NCBI GenBank assembly: GCA_021295655.1
Contig: JAGWBX010000013.1
Coordinates: 876 to 64,875, forward strand
DNA from: Candidatus Latescibacterota bacterium
Lineage (GTDB): Bacteria > Latescibacterota > UBA2968 > GCA-2709665
DNA: 64,000 nucleotides
Reading direction: 5' to 3'
Shown here piece by piece: positions 58,995 to 64,000 of this stretch (position 1 is the stretch's first letter; each line of letters starts with the position of its first letter). The notes below the pieces were generated by a model. The model saw only the letters and a program-made list of their open reading frames with translations. It made no database searches and was not told the origin of the DNA. Made by a program: the position numbers and the translations under genes.

Positions 58995-60353
58995 TTATCC
59001 CAGGCTGTATTTCTTGATCTTGTAGTGTAACGCGCGCACGCTGATACCCAGAATTCGGGCAGCTTCCTTCCGGTTGGAGGTCACGTGGGCCAGCGTATTC
59101 TCGATTAACAGGCGTTCCATGTCCTCTATGGAGGAATTCGATGGTATAACAAGATCCTTCTGAACCGGTGTGGTCGCGCGAATGTCCGTGGGCAACCGTT
59201 CAGGGCCGATCCGGGTTTCCGGACACGTCACCACGATACGCTCCACCGCATTCTTCAGTTCCCGGACGTTTCCAGGCCAGGCGTAATTCAGTATCATCCG
59301 CATCGCATCGGGGGTGAATCGTTTCCTGGATTTTTGATGAATCTTGCAGAGTTCATCCACAAACGTCTTCACAAGCAATGGAATATCTTCCTTTCGGTCC
59401 TTCAATTGCGGGAGCCGAATGGGAACGACGTTGATCCTGTAAAACAGATCTTCGCGGAATCGACCCTCCCTGACTTCCAGATCCAGGTTTCTGTTCGTGG
59501 CAAAGATGATCCGCGCGTCGGCCTTTCTCATGTCGTTGCTGCCAACCGGTGTGTATACCTTCTCTTCCAGGACGCGCAGAAGGTCCACCTGATTCGCCAG
59601 TGGAATCTCACCGACTTCATCGAGGAATAACGTGCCGCCCTCAGCGGCAGCGAAACGTCCCGGCTTGTCTGCGTGGGCGCCCGTAAAAGCACCCTTGACG
59701 TGGCCGAACAACTCTCGCTCGAACAACGTTTCCGGAACGGCTCCGCAATTCACCGCCACAAGCGGTCCCTTGCGGCGGTTGCTGTGTTGGTGCACGGCTC
59801 GGGCGACAAGCTCCTTACCCGTGCCGGTATCGCCCATCACAAGTACCGGAACATCGGTTATCGCCGCCTGCGCCAGCGTGTCGCAGACCTGCTGCATGGA
59901 GGCGCTCCGGTTCACAATCTGACCGAAGGCCTCCGTCGAACCCAGCCAGGCCCGGAGTTCCTTGTTCTCCGCAACCAGTGCCTGATGTTCCAGAAGGTGT
60001 TGCAGGGACAGATGCAGCCGCTTGAGATCCACCGGCTTCGCGAGGTAGTCATACGCGCCCAGTCGCATGGCATCAACCGCCGTGGAGACCTCTCCAAAGG
60101 CCGTGATGATGATGACGCCGGTATCGGGGCTGGTTTTCTTAAGCCGCTTCAACAGGGCAATTCCGTCGATTCCCGGCATCTTGAGATCCAGTATAGCCGC
60201 GTGGTAGACCCGCGCCTTCAGGTGTTCGGCCGCTTCTGTGCCGTCGTAGGCGACATCGACCGAATACCCGACGTTTGTCAACGACTCCTTGAGTCCCTCA
60301 CATATGTGGTACTCGTCGTCTGCCACAAAGATCCTGATGTCTCTCGTTTTCAT
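58995..60353 (-). CDS. sigma-54-dependent response regulator (NtrC/AtoC family)
   Basis: Receiver (DDE, DLKMP, KP), GDTGTGKE, GAFTGA, LFLDE, WPGNVREL and Fis-type HTH. Confidence 0.96.
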   Translation of the reverse strand: MKTRDIRIFVADDEYHICEGLKESLTNVGYSVDVAYDGTEAAEHLKARVYHAAILDLKMPGIDGIALLKRLKKTSPDTGVIIITAFGEVSTAVDAMRLGAYDYLAKPVDLKRLHLSLQHLLEHQALVAENKELRAWLGSTEAFGQIVNRSASMQQVCDTLAQAAITDVPVLVMGDTGTGKELVARAVHQHSNRRKGPLVAVNCGAVPETLFERELFGHVKGAFTGAHADKPGRFAAAEGGTLFLDEVGEIPLANQVDLLRVLEEKVYTPVGSNDMRKADARIIFATNRNLDLEVREGRFREDLFYRINVVPIRLPQLKDRKEDIPLLVKTFVDELCKIHQKSRKRFTPDAMRMILNYAWPGNVRELKNAVERIVVTCPETRIGPERLPTDIRATTPVQKDLVIPSNSSIEDMERLLIENTLAHVTSNRKEAARILGISVRALHYKIKKYSLG

Positions 60354-60519
60354 CTCACTCCGTCAGCGCGACCGCTGTTTCAGGTCGCCAACGCCTGAAC
60401 CGGCCTGGAATCTGTTCACGGACGTCGGGTGAATGCGCCCTGCGTCGATTCGTGCGTATTCACGATGATCGGTGTACGGCTGCCCGGCGTTCCGGCGCCG
60501 GTACCGATCAGCCGGAAGG

Positions 60520-61593
60520 CTAACCGGGTTGTCCGGCAATTGGCATATGAATCCTGAAAACGGTTCCCTTTCCTGTTTCGCTTTCCACCTCGATGTGGCC
60601 CCGATGCTGGTAGACAATCTGCTGGGCGATGGAGAGTCCGAGTCCGGTTCCTTCATCGCGAGTTGTATAGTAATACTCGAAAATCCGATCGATCTCCTCA
60701 TCCGGAATCCCGCAGCCGGTATCGGAAATTGTCAGGCAGACATGGTTACCGTTGGAATCCATAAACGTCCGCGCGCGCAGTTGCCCACCGGTTTCCATTG
60801 CCTGGAATGCATTTACCGTTATGTTCAGGACGGCCTGGCCCAGCTGGCTATCGTCTCCTTCCACCGCGGGAAGACCGTCGCGAAGATCCAGGTTCAGTTG
60901 GACGCCCCGTTCCCGAGCTTCCGGAGAGACCAGATCGAACACATGCTGAATCACGTCGTTCAGGCTGATCCGTTGCAGGTCCAGCCTCGGCGTTCTGGAA
61001 AACCTCAAGAAATTGTGCACGATCCGGTCAAGCCGCTTCATCTCCATCCGGGCGATATTGAGCCTGCGGAATGCGCGGTTCCGCATCCCCGTATCCACTG
61101 TCCGAAGGTCGTCTTCCAGGAGTTGTAACTGAATGTCCACGGCACCCAGCGGGTTCCGGACCTCGTGCGCGACGGATGCGGCCAGGCGACCGAGCGCGCT
61201 CATCTTGGCTACCTGGAACATCTCCCACTCCATCTTCTTCAGGGCCGAAACGTCCTGGACAACCAGAACCAGTCCCTGTTTCAGATCCGCTTTCAAATAC
61301 GATGTGGTGGCGCCCAATCGACGCATCCCGACCTCTTCCTGCTGCAAATTCAAATCCCTCGGTTCCGGATACAGACGACCTCGAAACCCCGCCTCCAGAA
61401 TCTTCAGCAGTTCAGGGCTTCCGACGAACAGCTCGTCGGCTCCGCGCCCCACCACCTCCTGCCCGGCCAGTCCCAGCAGGCGAATCGATGCCCCGTTGGC
61501 CAGCACGGCAAAGCGATGCCGGTCGAACGCAATCACGCCTTCGTTCAGGCCCTCCAGCAGCGCGGCGCTGTATTCCGAGGCGGATCTCGGCAT
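60520..61593 (-). CDS. cytoplasmic PAS-domain histidine kinase (NtrB-like)
   Basis: PAS domain, AHEVRNPL, N box, DTGCGI and GTGLGL; no TM segments. Confidence 0.93.
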   Translation of the reverse strand: MPRSASEYSAALLEGLNEGVIAFDRHRFAVLANGASIRLLGLAGQEVVGRGADELFVGSPELLKILEAGFRGRLYPEPRDLNLQQEEVGMRRLGATTSYLKADLKQGLVLVVQDVSALKKMEWEMFQVAKMSALGRLAASVAHEVRNPLGAVDIQLQLLEDDLRTVDTGMRNRAFRRLNIARMEMKRLDRIVHNFLRFSRTPRLDLQRISLNDVIQHVFDLVSPEARERGVQLNLDLRDGLPAVEGDDSQLGQAVLNITVNAFQAMETGGQLRARTFMDSNGNHVCLTISDTGCGIPDEEIDRIFEYYYTTRDEGTGLGLSIAQQIVYQHRGHIEVESETGKGTVFRIHMPIAGQPG

Positions 61594-62040
61594 GACGGCT
61601 CCCCCGATGACCTTCGTTTCCAGTTAACCTATGCAGTCCATCCCCAAAAGGCAAGCCCGATTATCCATCCGAACCTCGCAACTGCCACAACGGTCTTTTC
61701 GGCATTGCCGACGGCGTTAACCTGACCAATCCCCGACTCAGTACATACAACCTTTCATTCGAGAATAACCTGCATCGTCCGTGGCTTCTTAACGGCAGGG
61801 CGGGTTCTCGAAGGGAGGCCGGAGTCCGCCCCCGTGGTCTGACACCGGCTGACAAGATGGAGCGACGGATCCTGCGCGGCACCAATATGCGGTCGGTCTC
61901 GCAGTCCGTGAGGCAACGACCGCGGCCGCCGTCGGGTCACGTTGTTATTCGGATTGACGTCAGCACCCCCGCTTCGGGTGCGGATCCTGCGGAACAACCG
62001 GGAGACATTTTTCTATCTTCCGGAAAAATAAAGAAAAAAC

Positions 62041-62069
62041 TTGACAACCCTTATCTCTTGGTTTACTTT
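62041..62069 (+). promoter_or_regulatory. rho promoter
   Basis: TTGACA-N17-TACTTT with an A-rich UP tract. Confidence 0.7.
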
Positions 62070-62300
62070 TTCAGTGTAATTCTTCCGCTTCCTTCCCACT
62101 TTTTTACCGCATATATACAGACGGCTCCTCGCTTCCTGCATCCTTGGCTTCACGAACTTCCTCGATCCGCCTCCTTTTTCCAGATTCGTCCGATCCGCTT
62201 TTCCGCCGTTTGCCTCCGGCTGTCCGGGTCCGGCCGTAATCCATGAGAGATAAGCCGCCTGTATCCCACACGAGGCAACGTCAACATATCGGATCCGCCA

Positions 62301-63608
62301 ATGGCAACCGGAACGACCAGAGAAATCCCGAAAGCGCCGCCCCGGGCAGGTGGCGTGGATATACTTGAACTGCAGAAAATGACCATTTCGGAACTCGCAC
62401 GGTTGGCCCAGACCCTTGAGATCCAGAGCTACGGCAGCCTGAGAAAACAGGAGCTGATTTTCGCCATCATTCAGGCACAGACTGCGAAAAACGGGCTCAT
62501 TCTGGCCAAGGGCGTTCTGGAAATTCTGGAAGACGGCTTCGGATTCCTGCGTTCGCCCAATTATAATTACCTCCCGGGCCCGGACGATATCTACGTTTCG
62601 CATTCGCAGATCAAACGCTTCAACCTCCGCACGGGAGACACCATTTCCGGACAGATTCGCCCGCCAAAGAACGACGAGAAGTATTTCGCGCTCATCCGGG
62701 TTGAGGCCGTAAACTTCGAAGATCCGGAACTGGCCAAACAGAAAACCCTCTTCGACAACCTCACCCCGTTGCACCCCCGGCAGCGCATGAAGCTGGAATA
62801 CGATTCGAACGACTTCTCAACTCGAATCATGAATCTGCTGACACCCATCGGCAAGGGCCAGCGCGGCATGATCGTCGCCCCTCCGTTTACCGGCAAGACC
62901 ATGCTGCTTCAGAAGATAGCCAACGCAATCACCGAGAACCACCCCGAAATCAATCTGATTGTGCTCCTGATAGACGAACGTCCTGAGGAAGTGACCGACA
63001 TGCTGAGGTCGGTCAACGGAGAAGTCATCAGTTCCACCTTCGACGAACCTCCAACCCGGCATGTACAGGTGGCGGACATGGTCATCGAAAAGGCCAAGCG
63101 TCTGGTGGAACATCAACAGGACGTCGTCATCCTCCTGGACAGCATCACTCGCCTCGCCAGGGCCTATAACAACGTCGTCCCTCATAGCGGCCGCATCCTT
63201 ACCGGAGGGCTCGACTCCAGCGCCATGCAATGGCCCAAACGATTCTTCGGCGCCGCGCGAAACATCGAAGAAGGCGGCAGTCTGACCATCCTGTCCACTG
63301 CCCTCGTTGAAACGGGAAGCCGTATGGACGAGGTTATTTTCGAAGAATTCAAGGGTACCGGCAATATGGAATTGAAACTGGACCGGCGCCTGAGCAACCG
63401 ACGCATCTATCCCGCTATCGACGTTACCCTGTCCGGAACGCGGAAAGAGGAACTGCTCCTGGACGAAAAAGAACTCAACCGGGTCTGGATCCTGCGCCGG
63501 CTGCTCAACCAGATGCCTGCCCTGGATGCCATGGAGTTCCTCAAAGAGAAAATGGCAGGTACCAAAAACAACGAGGCGTTTCTGGATTCAATGAACCGGC
63601 AGTTATAG
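62301..63608 (+). CDS. rho: transcription termination factor Rho
   Basis: [30 protein letters not shown] and FKGTGNME motifs. Confidence 0.98.
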   Translation: MATGTTREIPKAPPRAGGVDILELQKMTISELARLAQTLEIQSYGSLRKQELIFAIIQAQTAKNGLILAKGVLEILEDGFGFLRSPNYNYLPGPDDIYVSHSQIKRFNLRTGDTISGQIRPPKNDEKYFALIRVEAVNFEDPELAKQKTLFDNLTPLHPRQRMKLEYDSNDFSTRIMNLLTPIGKGQRGMIVAPPFTGKTMLLQKIANAITENHPEINLIVLLIDERPEEVTDMLRSVNGEVISSTFDEPPTRHVQVADMVIEKAKRLVEHQQDVVILLDSITRLARAYNNVVPHSGRILTGGLDSSAMQWPKRFFGAARNIEEGGSLTILSTALVETGSRMDEVIFEEFKGTGNMELKLDRRLSNRRIYPAIDVTLSGTRKEELLLDEKELNRVWILRRLLNQMPALDAMEFLKEKMAGTKNNEAFLDSMNRQL

Positions 63609-63662
63609 GAATCCGGCGAAAACGGCCGTCAGGCTCCGGCAGGCCGCATTTAGCCTTTAACC

Positions 63663-63691
63663 TTGCGCATGATTACTGTTTTGCATATATT
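63663..63691 (+). promoter_or_regulatory. rpmE promoter candidate
   Basis: TTGCGC-N17-TATATT. Confidence 0.5.
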
Positions 63692-63741
63692 ATGTGGCTG
63701 ATTCTGTCGTCGATTCATCCGGATCAGAGGATAAAGATCTC

Positions 63742-63999
63742 GTGAAACCAAATATTCATCCTGAATACGTGGAAACCACCATCACGTGCGCCTGCGGGAA
63801 TTCCCTGGACACGCACGCGACCGTGCCCGGGCTGCGGGTGGACATCTGCTCCAACTGTCATCCGTTCTATACGGGCAAGCAGCGACTGGTGGACACCGCG
63901 GGTATGGTGGAACGGTACCGGCGGCGTTACAATTTGGACGAAGAAGAAGCCGGGGAGGTTCCTGAACAGGCTGACGCGAAGGCAGCCGCCGAAGATTAG
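63742..63999 (+). CDS. rpmE: 50S ribosomal protein L31 (Zn-binding type)
   Basis: [25 protein letters not shown]; GTG start. Confidence 0.96.
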   Translation: MKPNIHPEYVETTITCACGNSLDTHATVPGLRVDICSNCHPFYTGKQRLVDTAGMVERYRRRYNLDEEEAGEVPEQADAKAAAED

Positions 64000-64000
64000 C

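Overview
GC-rich bacterial chromosomal window with about 58 protein-coding genes and no tRNA, rRNA, CRISPR array or intact transposase that I can support. A short RpoD-type sigma factor, a C-terminal 'DFDGNGRVDFxDF' EF-hand/dockerin-like tag, and expanded TIM-barrel epimerase, Gfo/Idh/MocA and SDR families suggest an FCB-group organism such as Latescibacterota, possibly host-associated; this is inference. Housekeeping genes (mgtE, coaX, birA, nadC, uvrB, prmA, ssb, hup, rho, rpmE) are mixed with orphan sugar-catabolic enzymes. Most interesting observations: (1) a self-contained sigma cascade, PAS kinase plus NtrC activator, then tandem palindromic enhancers and a near-consensus sigma-54 promoter, then PTS-IIA plus an RpoD-like sigma-70; (2) a full-length bacterial homologue of the animal flavoprotein OSGIN1/2; (3) a candidate riboswitch with pseudoknot and terminator upstream of an Nramp-fold transporter; (4) a TTAA-targeting ~165-bp MITE family with 5 copies or remnants sitting at gene starts and stops; (5) a TraR/DksA zinc finger fused to an apparently split DUF6178-like pair, next to a promoter that may make a ~40-nt RNA; (6) a split 'MFS/spermidine synthase' whose SAM domain carries a lipoprotein signal; (7) two DUF3179 lipoproteins with degenerate redox motifs flanking two beta-barrels. 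All family calls are from motif recognition by eye; no searches were run.
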